A DNA stretch of 63,331 nucleotides, counting the filler, from Choristocarpus tenellus KU-1152 (Eukaryota; Protista; Phaeophyceae), in NCBI GenBank assembly GCA_964200185.2. It is 13 parts of 13 records of this genome, joined end to end, with 100 filler letters (N's around TTAATTAATTAA, not from the genome) between each part and the next. Parts side by side here need not be neighbours in the genome. Positions count along the whole stretch, not along the records: positions 11,538 to 20,188 come from CAXNAD020004478.1; positions 20,289 to 25,367 come from CAXNAD020011943.1; 11 more parts are not named here. One strand, given 5' to 3'. Under the pieces are notes generated by a model that did no database searches, had not been told where the DNA came from, and was given only the letters and a program-made list of their open reading frames with translations. Below are positions 11,559-24,640 of this stretch, one piece after another. The position numbers and the translations under genes are program-made. Every line of letters starts with the position of its first letter. The first letter of the stretch is position 1.

Positions 11559-13909
11559 TTTTAAGCCAACCCAAAGACGATATTCAGCAACTCAGAAGAA
11601 TGTCAGGCTGTCATCCTTGCCATAACACATTAGCGCCCATATATTTGGGGAAAGCACTTTACAGTTGTAAGTGATCAATCGGCATTACGTTGGTTACATA
11701 CAAGGCAAGATACTTCCAATATGTTGACCAGGTGGGCCTTAGCCTTACAAGCTATTGACTTCAAAGTTTTACATAAGTCGGGACATTTACACTACATTCC
11801 GGATATGTTATCCCGGATATGGTTGGAGGGATTTATGTTGGATGAAACACCACTTCCACTAGCCCCACTGTGCCGTAATATAGACCAAACAGAGTCGGAT
11901 GTCTCCACACCCAAGATTTACCCTGCATGTGATCTATCAGTGGATAACCTGGGTGAAATGACCAGATTTCAAAATGATACGGAACTATTCACTAGCGCTG
12001 TTTATGTTTTCCCAACAGTGGATCCTGAAGTACTATTCAAAGCTCAACAAGCTCAACAAGAAGACTATTTCAAATATTTGGCTAATCCAGAAAACGCCCT
12101 CTTACCAAAGAACAAAACAATGTATAACATGTCGTACGTTTTCACACAAGAAATGGAAGGTGAAACAAATGTTTTACAAATCGTACGTATCAACCCGGTC
12201 ACCTTCGAAAGAATGATAAATTCCGAGATCAATTAGTGGTACCCACTGAGATACAAGGTTTAATACTTCATGCCCTTCATGATCATAAGGTCTCAGGACA
12301 CCTTCCATTTAAGCACACTTTTGACCGAATTCGTGACCGTTTTTGGTGGCCCAACTTTACATAAAGATGTTCGAGCTTGGTCTGAAACATGTCAATCTTG
12401 CCAATGCTGCAAGATAACCCCTTCTAAGCTATCAACCCTCCAGGGCATATGCCAGTCCCACGCCCATTTCAGAGAGTGGCAATTGATTTGGTCAAGTACA
12501 AAACTCAATCAGAGAAAAATACGTATGTCTTGTCTGCTGTCGACCATTTGACGAGGTTTGCTTTGCTCAGTGCTATTCCTGACAAACGAGAGGCAACTGT
12601 AAAAAAAACATTAACAGAATGAGTGTTTTCTATTTTTTGCGCCCCAGAAACCTTACACTCAGACCAGGGGAAGGAGTTTGAAAACAAACTAATTCTAGAA
12701 CTTCAAAAGATCTATGGATACAAGAAAAAAATAACAACACCGTATCGACCTCAAGGCAATAGCATTCTTGAAAGAATTCTTAAGACAATGCATGGCATAT
12801 GCTAGCTGTGTATTCCAATATGAAGCAATCGGATTGGACGTCATTATTGCCTTTTGAGCAACCGGCTCACAATACTGCTGATAATACCACTGTACAAGAA
12901 ACACCCTTTAATTTAATGTTTGGGAGACGTCCCATATTACCAATCGATATCATTTTGGGAGAACCAGAGGCCATGCCTATTTCTACCCAGGAGTACAGTA
13001 AACAAACAGTGGATAATTTACAACTGCCATATGAACTGGCTAGACATAATATTGATGAGATGGCTTTGCACAATGAGTCCAAGGCCACTGAACACACCAT
13101 TCCTATTTTTGAAGTTGGTGCTAAGGTGTGGTTACACAAACCCCACACTTCGGCAGACGTTCCTAACCCCAAGCTGTTGTCCCCGTGGAGAGGGCCATAT
13201 GAAGTAAAAGAGAGAATAACTCCGGTAGTCTACTGTGTGAAGGCGCAGGCCGACCGTCGAGAAATCACTGTGCATATAGCACGACTTAAACCACACAAAG
13301 AGGGCCACCCTCCTGAACCAGACATTGACTCTCTCAATTCTTTATCTCTGGGCAGAATAATACCTGAACCAGATATAGATAGGTTCAAACGTTCAACCAA
13401 CTTTTGGGTCATACTTTGTTGAGAGCACTGCAGACCATAAACCTGGAGTGGGTCGTAAACCCCCACATAACGATTCATACCGGCTTAGATTTAGAGGTTT
13501 TGCTCCAACTAGCGATGTTTGGCGGAAAGCAAAGGAAATTCCTCAGAGTACAGAGATGATTGAAGCATACTGATTACGACACAATCTGCATATTTCTCCT
13601 GACCAAAGTGTACTGACGCTAAAGTCTTCAAAATCTCCCTGTGATCAAGATGTACCGATGCCAGAGTTTTTTCAATCTTCTCCACCACCCTCTGCCGCAA
13701 TAGCCGGAGAATCATCACACTCTTCACAAACACACCTGGCTCGATCAATTGCTGCCATTGTTGTCAAGAACATTCAATATGCTCTTGCTTCGAACCCTCA
13801 AGGTGATGTCCCTGTGGCTACATCTACTACTCACCAAGTGGGTTGCCGGCCTGATACAACATCAGATTCCACTAAAAGAAGTAGAGATGAAGGTTTGAAT
13901 CCTTTTTAA
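11559..13909 (+). pseudogene. Ty3/Gypsy pol 3' half: RNase H end, integrase, chromodomain (13412-13590)
   Basis: KPTQRRYSATQK..FTVVSDQSALRWL..LTRWALALQ; WWP..C..CQ zinc region; PETLHSDQGKEFEN, TPYRPQGN, GPY/F motif (KLLSPWRGPYEV); chromodomain YFVESTADH..YRLRFRGFAPTSDVW..IEAY; stops and frameshifts present. Confidence 0.92.
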
Positions 13910-14111
13910 GGCAAACTCGTGGACGATTTACCCGCTAAGTTGTTGGCGTTTTTCCTTAAAAGGTGCACACATATTTTTTAACCACACTCAAATGGATAAT
14001 TTGATGGGTCCATACACATATGGGGTGATCAGGGCTTTATCCCTGTTTTGTCAAGTTTCGAATGGAAGAAGATCCCCATGCACCTCTTTTTGCATCTCCA
14101 AACTTGTTTTC

Positions 14112-14375
14112 GAGTCAAAGTATCTTAGAGGGTAGAGCCGCGTCCATTTGGGGGTCAAAATCCAATGTTACGATTTTGATGTAATTTTGGCTATCGTGTC
14201 TATTAGAAAGTGTCAATATCTATGTTTCGGACTCGCGTTTTCGTTTTCATAACGTACACCTTTTGACTACTCCGAAACATTCTGGAGTAGGAAATGTCAC
14301 AAAAACACCCATGTGAAGCCAAGCCCCAAATTGACAAACAGGGAAAAATTCGTACCCTCTAAGGTACTATCACTC
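14112..14375 (-). mobile_element. MITE family A
   Basis: GAGTCAAAGTATCTTAGAGGGTA ... TACCCTCTAAGGTACTATCACTC; TSD TTTC on both sides. Confidence 0.93.
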
Positions 14376-15089
14376 TTTCACCATAATACCCGCAAAAAGA
14401 GTAATTGATGTGAATACTCGGAATGGTCATTTATAGGTTTGAATCCTCTATCTTAAGCAGGAAATCGTTGGGATCCCTCGGCCCTCTCAATGGTTTGCCC
14501 CTTAAGCAAATAAGATTTTGATTTGAGCTCACTCGGTGGGAGGTGACTGTGTTCCTCGTAGGCGAGCACACGGTTTCTGCTCCACATAGTCCATAAGATT
14601 GGAACTGGAAGAAAACTGGACCTCATCACTCCAGAACTCCGGATATAAGGGTTATTAACAACAATACTTGAAGATGAGAAGTCGAGTTTTCACTTTCAAA
14701 TCAAAAGGGTTAGATAGTATGCAGATTCCTCAGAATGGAAGTGGACAATCCTTTCCTGACAATCACAGGATATTTAACCTTTGGCATTCAGGGACACAAG
14801 GTAATAATTCAAGGTAATAATCCACCCACAAAGGCAACCACTGATCCAATTCCTTATAAACACTCCGCCTCAGTGTAGTTCCTCTTGGGACATCTGTTGT
14901 GGCCTGGTGCAACCCACAACCAAGAATAAGGAACCATAGTTTTGCATTTCACATTTACACTAGCTGAGGCATTGTAGCTTGATCAACACAATGACCCAAG
15001 CACTTTGATACCAACATTTCCTGGGATTTTATCTTCATGTTATTAACTCTTGGGTAATTAAAGGTACAATAAGATATTTCCTATCACCA

Positions 15090-15325
15090 ACAACTTTGGG
15101 GTTTCAACTCTGTTGAGGACAACCTTCCAAGGAACTCTTCCAAATTGGCTACATGAACATTTATGGGATATTCAGATGATTCTTCTGTTTTTATTTTTTT
15201 ACCATAGTCTTGCTATGACCAAACTTTGGGGTTCCAACCCTGTTGAGGACAACCTTTGAAGGAACTCCTCCAAATTGGCTACATGAACATTCTTGGGATA
15301 CCCAGATGATTATTTTTCTTTTCTC
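15090..15325 (+). repeat. Tandem duplication (~130-bp period) in the Gypsy 3' region
   Basis: AACTTTGGGGTT..AAC.CTGTTGAGGACAACCTT..AAGGAACTC.TCCAAATTGGCTACATGAACATT occurs at ~15092 and ~15222. Confidence 0.85.
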
Positions 15326-15375
15326 CCGCGGGACTCAGACACTTTTTTTTCTCATGTGCACACAGAGCTCACACT

Positions 15376-15495
15376 GGGGAGTGGGTGATGTGACGGACAG
15401 GTCCCTTTGGGAGCTGATCTCAGTCCAAATACACATCCTCGCGCACACACAAGTGCATTGCGCGCACATTTCTTTTTCATTGGTGACGTTCCCAC
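15376..15495 (+). mobile_element. Putative PPT (15376-15388), short LTR (15389-15479) and PBS (from 15481) of the Gypsy
   Basis: GGGGAGTGGGTGA|TGTGAC ... TTTTCA|T|TGGTGACG, located between the pol 3' end and the gag start. Confidence 0.55.
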
Positions 15496-15560
15496 CAACA
15501 TCAAACACAGAGAACTCTTGAGAATTCTCAAACTTCTTAACCGTTGACGATCACCAAGAT

Positions 15561-18500
15561 ATGACGTCATCTGATGGATCTGGGATTCTCTTCAAACTTC
15601 TAAGATTTGATGGCTAAGAGAGCTTTGGGTCTGGAAGCACCCTACCATGACGCACTGGTGATTCTGAACACTCCCTACAACTGATTGGACCCTGCCTCAC
15701 GACAGTGGTACTCATGCCGACAGTTAAAAGGGGATGGATCCACCATATCGAGAAGTGACCAAGGAAAAAACGAAACGTGAAAAGCAAGATAAGGGTAAAA
15801 CCAAGACCACTGGTCCACCTGAAACAGCAGCTGGTCCAAGCAAGACACCTGGGCCCGACACCGATGTTCCATCAGCCAATTCAGCTGATGGCATCCTAGG
15901 AGGCTTGCTTGAGCAAGACGGGATAGCGGGGGCACAACCCAGGGACAGGTCCCCCCGCAGTACGGTCAACCCAGCCGCAAATTCGTTTGCAGTACTGGAA
16001 GAAAGCTGTGAGTCCGACAATCCTACTCCACTGACAACCCTTTGCGATGATGCTGTGGAAAGGATCCTGTTGGACTTCAGAGCTGGACAAATCCAGGATC
16101 ATACTTTGGTGGTTTTGGCACTTCAGACATCAGCAATGTTGAAGTCGAACAAAACTCAGATAAGTACAGGCACAACTCAACTAACCAATCGACCTTGCAT
16201 CCGCAATACCCTATCGGCAAAGGATCTAACATCGATAAATTCTTTGAGTCTGACAAAGATGGTAGACAGTGTGTCGCCGTCCCTGACTTAATCTCGGTTT
16301 TTTCCGAATATCGATCTCGGATTTGTTTGCTAGCAATGGTCAAAAAAGAATCGGTGCTGGTTCGAGAACGTGACATCTATGAGCAAACCTTGACGACTTG
16401 TGTTTACAAAACTTCGTACACATGCATCCGTCTGGGAACTTGCTGTCACAACGCCATGCCAGAAGGTTTTTTGCCACCACCCATTTTGCACCATGGAACC
16501 AGTTGGTAGAAGAATTTACCCGCCAATTTGCATCGCAATTTCCCTTGGACGACTACTTTCGCACTACCATTCACGTACACATGCCAGAGTGGGAAAGAGC
16601 ACGAGCGTTTGGCCACAGAGTGGTGCAGACCGTAGACAATTTTGTCAGGCTCATTCCTGTCAATGAAGAAGGTCAGCCAAAATTATCCAACTGCTTAGCC
16701 ATGTGTGTGTTCAATCTCGGAGCCCAACCCTCAATTGTGCGGGCCATCAGATCGTTGCCGACCCCGCCAAAAAAAAATGGTGAACTTGTAGACGCAGCTG
16801 CTTTAGCGGATGCTTCCAGATCAGGCCTTGAGTTTAGCAACCGCTCATATCGCAATGTAACGGTTTCAAATTTGGGCGCAGAAAATTTACTTTCTTTGCC
16901 AATCACAGAATTACGCTTTTCTGACCTGGAACCCCTACAGAAGTTGGCCAAAGAACAACAAGCAGAGATCCAGATGTTGCGTGCGAAGAAGCGAAGTAAT
17001 ACTACTTCTACTTGTGACCAAGTACCCTCACAAGGAAAACCCGAGAAAAAACGCGTGCGCACTGATTCAAAACACATGTTTTGTGAATTTCCGGGCTGTG
17101 GTGCTAAATCTCGAAGGGGTCACATCACAGAGTGTTGTTTCTTCAACCCGAATGGCGAGAATAATAAACCTGATTATCGTCCTCGCGTGTTTGATAACCC
17201 CAAGGCCCCCAATGAAATGATGCAACAATTTGTTGCAGCTCTCACTACCTCTTTGTCAGCACAGGGTTCGATGGAGGAATCTACTCCCCAAGATCAGACT
17301 ATTCAGGGTGCTTCAAAGGGAAATGGGAAAATCAACAAGCGTGTATGGGGTGCCCGGCAGAAGTAGTTCCCTCCTCTTGTGTTGGGTCAGAGTAAGAGTT
17401 TATTGATAGGGCTTCTCATTTAGGATGTGTTAATCAATTGGTTTCCTTACCAGTAGTGAACACTATTGCTGCAAATTGTCACTCGAATAGGCTAAATAAA
17501 GCAAGACATGGGCAACACCTGCCTACACCAAATCTTTACAATTTTTCTTTGGGATCCAACCAAGAAGTGGACAACCAACCAACTTGTTCGCCAAATCGAC
17601 CACTTGATGATACATTTGAATAAACACTGTCTCAATTATATCGTTCTAACAATCATTTGGGCTCCAACCCTGCAGTGAAAAAACCTACAAGGGTTAATCA
17701 CTCAAAATGGCCAAATTACAATCCACTGCCGCAGACTCATTTTGTTAATGCAATAACATCCTCAGCAGTGAAGCATTCTTCCAAATTTATTGGAACAGTG
17801 GGTGAAGACTTCGTAGCATCTCGTTTGTGTTGCACCAAGTCAGTGTGTTGGCACACATCTGCAATTCAACCTTACTCTCAACACCCTTGTACCTGACATC
17901 CCAGTCATTACCTATCGTTACATTCAAGCTCATCCCACCTCTTGTTCTGCTCTCGGAGTGAAAGTATCTTAGAGGGTACGAGTTTTGCCCTGTTTGTCCA
18001 TTTGGGACTTGGCATCTAATGGAGTTTTTTATGATATTTTCCTACTCCAAAATGTTTCGGAGTAGGTAAAATGTGTACGTTATGAAAAAGTGTGTCCGGA
18101 AGGAGGATATTAACACTTCCTAACAAATATGATAGCCAAAATTATATCAAAATCGCAACATTGGTTTTTAGCCCCCAAATGGACGCGGCCCTACCCTCTA
18201 ATATACTTTGACTCTCACATCAGTTCTATACCAGATGGTACCTTACATTTAAGAGGAGCTGGGGGAAGACCTTTGCAAGTACATGGCTTTATTCAATTTC
18301 AATTAACCTTGGGAAATAAAACACTACCTGTTCAAGCAGTTGTTTACCCTCCCTAGGTGTTGATAAAATACCTTTGAACAACAGTATCATGACTGCTTTT
18401 GGAGCGAAGTTGGATTGGGATAGAGAAGAAATAGCATTTTCTCGGAGCAAAGTTCGCATCCCAGCCACTCATAAAATGTATCCTATACCCATTGTTAATC

Positions 18501-20167
18501 CATCAACCAACAGTCAGAATACTGCTCAAATATTTTCAACAAACATGACAGTGGCTACAGTTTCAACTGAGTTCACCATACCTGTACATGTAAGACATAA
18601 AACGTATTTACCCCCAGGAACCGGAACTGTTGTTTCATTGTGTTCTCAGACCTTACCTGGATCGGCCAACGACGCTGTAGTGGAACCCATTGTCAAGACG
18701 AGCATGGACTTCATCAACCAGGAACATCACCACTTTCCACGGAGAGATATCGTGGTCAGTCGGTCTTTAATTGTTTGGGAAGAGGATGGATCTTGCCTAG
18801 TCAAAATTTCGAACCCTTCCAACCATGGTGTTAAGATACCTCCTCAATTTGTTGTAGGTCATATAGCACCAGTGGATCAAATTCACACTCTTTTTGAAGC
18901 ACAGACCAGTACCATAGCGGCTACTCCGAACACTCCAGAGGAGCTTAAACAAGCCCATGGTGAGTTAAAAGAAGTTTTTGGTAAAAAAGCCCTGGTAGAC
19001 ACAGTGTTATCTGATAATAAACAAGAACTACTTGACCTTGTTGCCAAATATAGACCTGTGTGTTCACTCACTTCTGAGGAACTAGGCTGTTGTAGTAATA
19101 CCAGTGTTCAATTTTCACTTAAAACAGGTACAGTTCCTGTGAATCGTCCACCATATCGGACCACACCCAAAATACGCGAAACAATCCGTAGTATTGTGGA
19201 GGATATGGAAAACAGGGAATAATTCAGCCCTCTTCAAGTCCTTGGGGGTCACTGGTAACCATAGTTACAAAACCTGATGGGTCTCCTCGATTCTGTGTAG
19301 ACTTTAGGCTCTCATTGAACAAAAATTTGGTACGTAATCCCTGGCCGTTACCATCTATGGAGGATAGTTTGGGTACAGTAGAGGGAGAAAAATACCTGTC
19401 GTGTCTCGATGTTCAGTCAGCCTGCTGGCAACAAACTACCCATCACCAATGCCAGCAAACGCCAAAAAACTGCCTTTGTCACACCGGATGGAAAACACGA
19501 ATTCAAAACGCCACCCTTTGGTATTGCTAACTAACCATGGATATATCAACGCTTCATATCGGAAACATTTTCGACTCTAGGATCGAGTATGGGCTTACTG
19601 ATTTGTCTTGACGATATTGTACTAGCCTCCCCAACGTGGAACCATCATATTCAACTTCTTGAGAGCGTATTGTCATTACTGCAGCAAATAGGAGTCACCC
19701 TGAAACCCTCTAAAGCCCAATTTGGCTCAAACCCAATTCATTATTTGGGACATGAAGTCAGCCCCAGTGGTATTGCTGTGTCACCGGATCGAACCCAGGC
19801 TATTGCCGCTCTGAAAGCCCCTAAATCTGTGAAGGAATTACAATCCTTTCTAGGTTCCATTAACTTTATTAGGAAATATATTCCCCATTTGGCTACAATA
19901 ACCAAGCCCCTGGTGTCATTTACAAGGAAAAGTACGGAAACGTCTGGAAGGGACAAAAGTCTATCTCAACTATGCGGACGACCACATCAAAATTCTTTTA
20001 ATATGTGTAAACATATATTAACTATGTGGCCAGTGTTATGCTTTCCAGATTTTACTCGAGAGTTCTTTATTCACGTGGACGCTAGCGATTTTGGCATGGG
20101 AGCTTTCTTAGCACATAAAAATGAGGACGATAGTTTCCAAATTGTAGCCTACCATAGTGCTATTTTT
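15561..20167 (+). pseudogene. Ty3/Gypsy gag, protease, reverse transcriptase and RNase H 5' part (decayed)
   Basis: Gag-like ORFs 15734-17366 with Cys/His cluster CEFPGC..GHITECC; protease region LRGAGGRPLQVHG; RT PVNRPPYR, SSSPWGS..KPDGSPRFCVDFR, CLDDIVL, YLGHEVS, ELQSFLG; RNase H FFIHVDASDFGMGAFL. Confidence 0.93.
17956..18214 (+). mobile_element. MITE family A inserted in the Gypsy protease region
   Basis: Full TIRs GAGTGAAAGTATCTTAGAGGGTA / TACCCTCTAATATACTTTGACTC; TSD imperfect. Confidence 0.9.
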
Positions 20168-20188
20168 GGGTCAAAGTATCTTGGGGGG
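20168..20188 (+). mobile_element. Left end of a B-type MITE whose right end is at 11538-11558
   Basis: GGGTCAAAGTATCTTGGGGGG here and its exact reverse complement at 11538-11558; TTTT flanks both. Confidence 0.8.
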
Positions 20189-20288
20189 NNNNNNNNNNNN
20201 NNNNNNNNNNNNNNNNNNNNNNNNNNNNNNNNTTAATTAATTAANNNNNNNNNNNNNNNNNNNNNNNNNNNNNNNNNNNNNNNNNNNN

Positions 20289-20352
20289 GAAGCCAAGCCC
20301 CACAAATGGACAAACAGGGAAAAATTCGTACCCTCTAAGATAGTTTCACTCT
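20289..20352 (-). mobile_element. Partial MITE family A at contig start (other partial copies at 25468-25593 and 59865-59956)
   Basis: AAATGGACAAACAGGGAAAAATTCGTACCCTCTAAGATAGTTTCACTC. Confidence 0.85.
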
Positions 20353-21836
20353 TCTGTTATCTTCTGGCTTTGACACTTACTTGTGTAGGCTGAACCATGA
20401 TCCTCTACTTTCATATACCTTTTTGTTTTCTTTCTGTTTTCCTCCTTTCTTTTTTTGAATCAAAACATGCTTTGTACAGTAAGTTGGTACGGTCGCGTGC
20501 TTGAAATGAAATTATTACTAGATATATTGTGTGTGATATGTACTTTTTCCCAGTATAGTTGAGTTCACAGTGTATGGATTTTTTTGCAGTCAATTTAACT
20601 ATACTCATTATTACTAGAAACTCTCGATTCACAACGCTATCAAATTTGCAGTTTGAAGGTCGTTTTAAACACAAAACATGCTTCTAGTTAAAAAAACAAC
20701 AACAAATATTACAATCTGTCACATTCGAAAAATTGACAGTCTTCTAGATCGACTGCAACTCTAGAAAATTAGGTGGTAGTGTCCAAAACTCATTGCGTTA
20801 CGACTACTATCTAATTTTTCTTTCTAAATGGTGTTTAACTGTGATATCAAACTTTTGAAGGTCATCTTCCAACCATATATCCGCTAGTTTTTCTCTTGTT
20901 TATCTTCTTTGTGGTTTTAACCTAAAACTTCCCCCAAAATCTCCTTGTTAGGTAGTGTGCATTTAGGATTACGTACGTTCTTGCGCACACCTTGTGGTTA
21001 CGATAATCCCATCCACCGTCAGCGACCAAAAATCGAATATGTTGTAATGTAAGGAAAATCTGTCGAATCAAGGAATCAATATAGAAATGGTTCTAATTGT
21101 TTATCATTTGGATAGTACAGTTACCCTAAACTGTAATGGATTGATTTTGGATCTCGGACATTCTTTGGAACCCGTTGTGAATATTTGTGGATATAACATG
21201 TAAAGTAGTAGTAGTAATTTTGTTCTACTACAACAAATATTGAAAATATTGACAGTATATGAATTGGTTCAATAGTAATAGTAGTAGAAAAAAAGATGGA
21301 ACATATCCAACTTCCAAAAGCGGAGGAACACAATAATTGTTTTTATTGTATACATAAACTTTTGTCCAATGATTAAACCAAAACGACAATTCTATCAGAA
21401 GGATTGGGAAGGAGTCAATCCATAGTATTTGTACCACTACAAATACTACCATAAATATTAGTTTACACTGTAAATATTCAATAATGTTGTATATAAGATA
21501 GAATACATACATGTCGATAGTCTGGTTCACCAATCAGCTATCAGCTATCAGCTATCGGTATAATGTCCGATTTCTCAGGGTTTTGGTGTTTCAATATTTT
21601 CCACGATATAGGAAGTAGAAGAAGGTCACCGACTGATGTAAATAGTAAACAACCATAACCCGAGAAAGTGGTGTCCCAACCTGACAGGCCCCGAAACTGG
21701 AGGCCGGGGAGACAAGAGCCCAGGCCTTCACCAAGCTTTACTGTCCGCTTTCCTGGGGTTTGAGAAGGAGGTCCATCCTTCAGGGAAGTTAGTTAGGTCT
21801 CCCTGTTACAGCTAGGATTGGTTCTTGTGATCCTGT

Positions 21837-22307
21837 CTACTGTAGTTGCTCCGCGAAGGGTCTGTTTTGTTTTGTCAGACAGTACAGACTTTCGCTTAAG
21901 ACCACTTCTGTCCTCTCAAGATCTTGACAAATAGGCTTCGAGAGGTGGAGTCGCTCTGCCCTGCTCTTTGAGAGCTGGAAAGATTCTGCAATAAAAGCTA
22001 CCAGACCGAGGTCTTCTTGGCCGTCCCCTACAGATGCTAAGCGGCAGGAAGTACCTGGATTCTTGCATATTTTGACAGGATTGGAAAGATAGACCTGTGG
22101 TGGAGCTGAGGAAAGGTCGCTAGCTGGTGTCGTACTCAATCTCCTCGCCAAGTCTTCTAGGTTTTGGTAGGACAGAACTCGCAACCAACCATCTATCTGT
22201 ATGGGAGCAGAGTCAAGGAACACACACTAGACATAGCCGTCAATAGATACCGTCTCCACTAATGCGACGCGTAGGGAGCCCATCAGAATCGTGCTCCGGC
22301 ACCAATG
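21837..22307 (-). pseudogene. Possible LTR end + PBS + decayed gag-like ORF
   Basis: Minus strand TTCCA|T|TGGTGCCGGAGCACG, then ATG at 22283 in frame with ORF 22223-21837 (one internal stop). Confidence 0.4.
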
Positions 22308-23653
22308 GAAAAAATTTGCAAGGAAAGGGAGGTGGGTGTCTCTTCTCTAATGTGGGCATAGGTGTGCAGGCAATTGGAGTTATTTGATTTTGTTTGCCAG
22401 ATGAACAAATCGCTATGAAATATACGGATGAATCTATTCTGAACTGGTGTAATCGATTTCATCATTCGGTTACTCCATGTTCTCATCGTTAACCACCTTC
22501 CTGATTAATACCGTAGATGCCAATTACTATTGACATACAACTTCATGAAGTCATAGAAGTGGCTGGAACTTTAAAACGTTCAGGAGCATTTTTTATTGGT
22601 ATACTTCAATAGACTATCTGAACAGTCGGAGATATCGCGGAGTCCTCGTCCCTCCCTCCTCCTCGCACCGTCGATGTGGGTCCTGCAGATATACTCGTTA
22701 GATGAAAGTGCCAACTCTCTAGTAGCCTCGTGACTTGACCGACCATACCAATGTAGGAATAGTCTTCAAATGTCAATGCCAATGCGTGCAGTTGCTTTTC
22801 AACCACTTTGACTCTGGTATAATCCTTGTCTCTTTGAGACACAATCCATCTGTGAAGTTGGGGGAGGATTACCAAAGCCATTAAAGGCTATATGAACTGG
22901 GGGTGGATTTTGACATCAAAATGTACGAGAAGGTAATGTTTGAGACTACAATGGGGGGTGTTGTATGGTGAAGATTGGAGAAGGGAGCTCAATCCACTCT
23001 CTTAGATGGCCATAGAAGGCTGGAAGCGGTTCCCTCGCTTTGTAGTGTTGGATTGAGTTGGCATGTTTTTTCCCTGCCTCTTGAGATCTTGGGGCACTAT
23101 GCAAAGCTTTGCCCCCTGCCCCCTGCAACAGAGTACACACTAGAACTTATAATGAGCGGAGAAGGGAATTGAAAAGGGAGGAATATCTTTTGTAGAAGGC
23201 TGTCTATGTCATGGCATTTGGTTTGAGAAGAGTGATGTAAGAGTGATGTTGAGGTTCTGTCTGTCTTACCATGGTCACACTATTGTCATGAATTGGTGAT
23301 CTTTGTACCAACTTGGATAAGTTCATATTCTTTTGATTCAGTGGGTTTTGAGACAGGGTACATTGATCGAATTGTGTGTCCCCCACATTGCGTCAACTGT
23401 TTGAAGGAGAGGGGCACTTTCGAACTTGTACTTGTACTTAAATTGCATGAGTCCCCCTTCTGCCTACCTCCCATTATTCCTGCCTTTTACCAGTGTAGAA
23501 AACTTTCAGCAACACTATTTGTTGGCACTCGTACACTCACTCACACAGAAACATACGAAACATGTTTTTTCTGTCTTCCCCCCCCCCCCCCCCCCCCCCC
23601 TGTGCATCTCCTCTGTTGCATGGACATATTTTTCACTCATCATTGTGTGATAG

Positions 23654-23856
23654 CTCCAAACGGTGGTTCAAGGCGGCCAAGAGTGGCATGGTGGCAAATG
23701 GTTTTGGTGGGGTCGGTCCTGGTACTGCTAGGTTTGAATGTGGGTGCTACCTTTAGCTCCAATCTGTCTGCTGATGACAACAAAGGAGATGATGGGGGGG
23801 AGAAAATTGATCTTTCGGAGGCAAATAGCAGAGACCACCATGGGGATGTTGACGAG
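23654..23856 (+). CDS. Probable isolated exon of a host membrane or secreted protein (hydrophobic segment + acidic tail)
   Basis: TAG acceptor; RRPRVAWWQMVLVGSVLVLLGLNVGATF...DHHGDVDE; GAG|GTGGGT donor followed by (CCCTAA)/(GGGTAA) intronic microsatellite. Confidence 0.5.
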
Positions 23857-24640
23857 GTGGGTCGTAAACCCTAACCCTAACCAATAACATGGGTAAGGGT
23901 AAGGGTAAGGGTAAGGTTAAGGGTAAGGGTAAGGGTAAAGGCAAGTGCAAAGAGAACTCTACGTTGCTCCGATAGGTGATGCCCCCACTTCACACGAGAG
24001 AGGAAATTTTGCATTGTGTTTTGAGGCTTTTTTTTTGGTGAGAAAGGAATATATACCGCTGAAGCTGTTCATGGTTTGATGTTAGAGTTAGGGTTAGTCT
24101 TTGTGCTGACTGGTTGGTTGAGATAAATTAGGACTTGAGTTTTGTTGCAGTTCTTCTTATGAGGCTAGGCAAATGAGAAGGGGCCAGTCTGTGGGTTGAA
24201 CGGGTTCCAATATTTTTAGACATGTCCACACCAGGTCCTGGAAGTCTTGGAACCTGTCCGATCTGCGGCCCAGGCAGCTCCACCAATCCAATATTTTCTG
24301 GTATGTCCAGACTTGAGTGTATCAACCTTTGGAACATGTCTGGTCCATGAGTTGGACTGGTTGAAGTATTTTTCAACATGTCTGGGATGCAGCCTTCAGA
24401 TATATTGTATCTCGACCTTGTTGCAGGCCAGCCTAAGGTCATGGGAAAACAAAGATGGTTTGAGTATGACCTGATCTGATCCCAGTTATATTTGTCACAA
24501 AAGTGGGAGAGAGGGTGAGGGAAGGGATCTGTACAGAAATGTGTTTGTTCCTGCATGCATTTGGGATTACTTTGGGACATATCTTGACTGGGCTGACCTG
24601 ACCCGTCTTGACTGGTTTGTTCGGATAAGAAGTACATGTT

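Noticed and set aside
23868-23940. Telomere or chromosome end from CCCTAA/GGGTAA repeats (also near 55976-55992 and 59143-59156)
   Set aside because: Only a few mixed-orientation units inside apparent introns; ordinary microsatellites.
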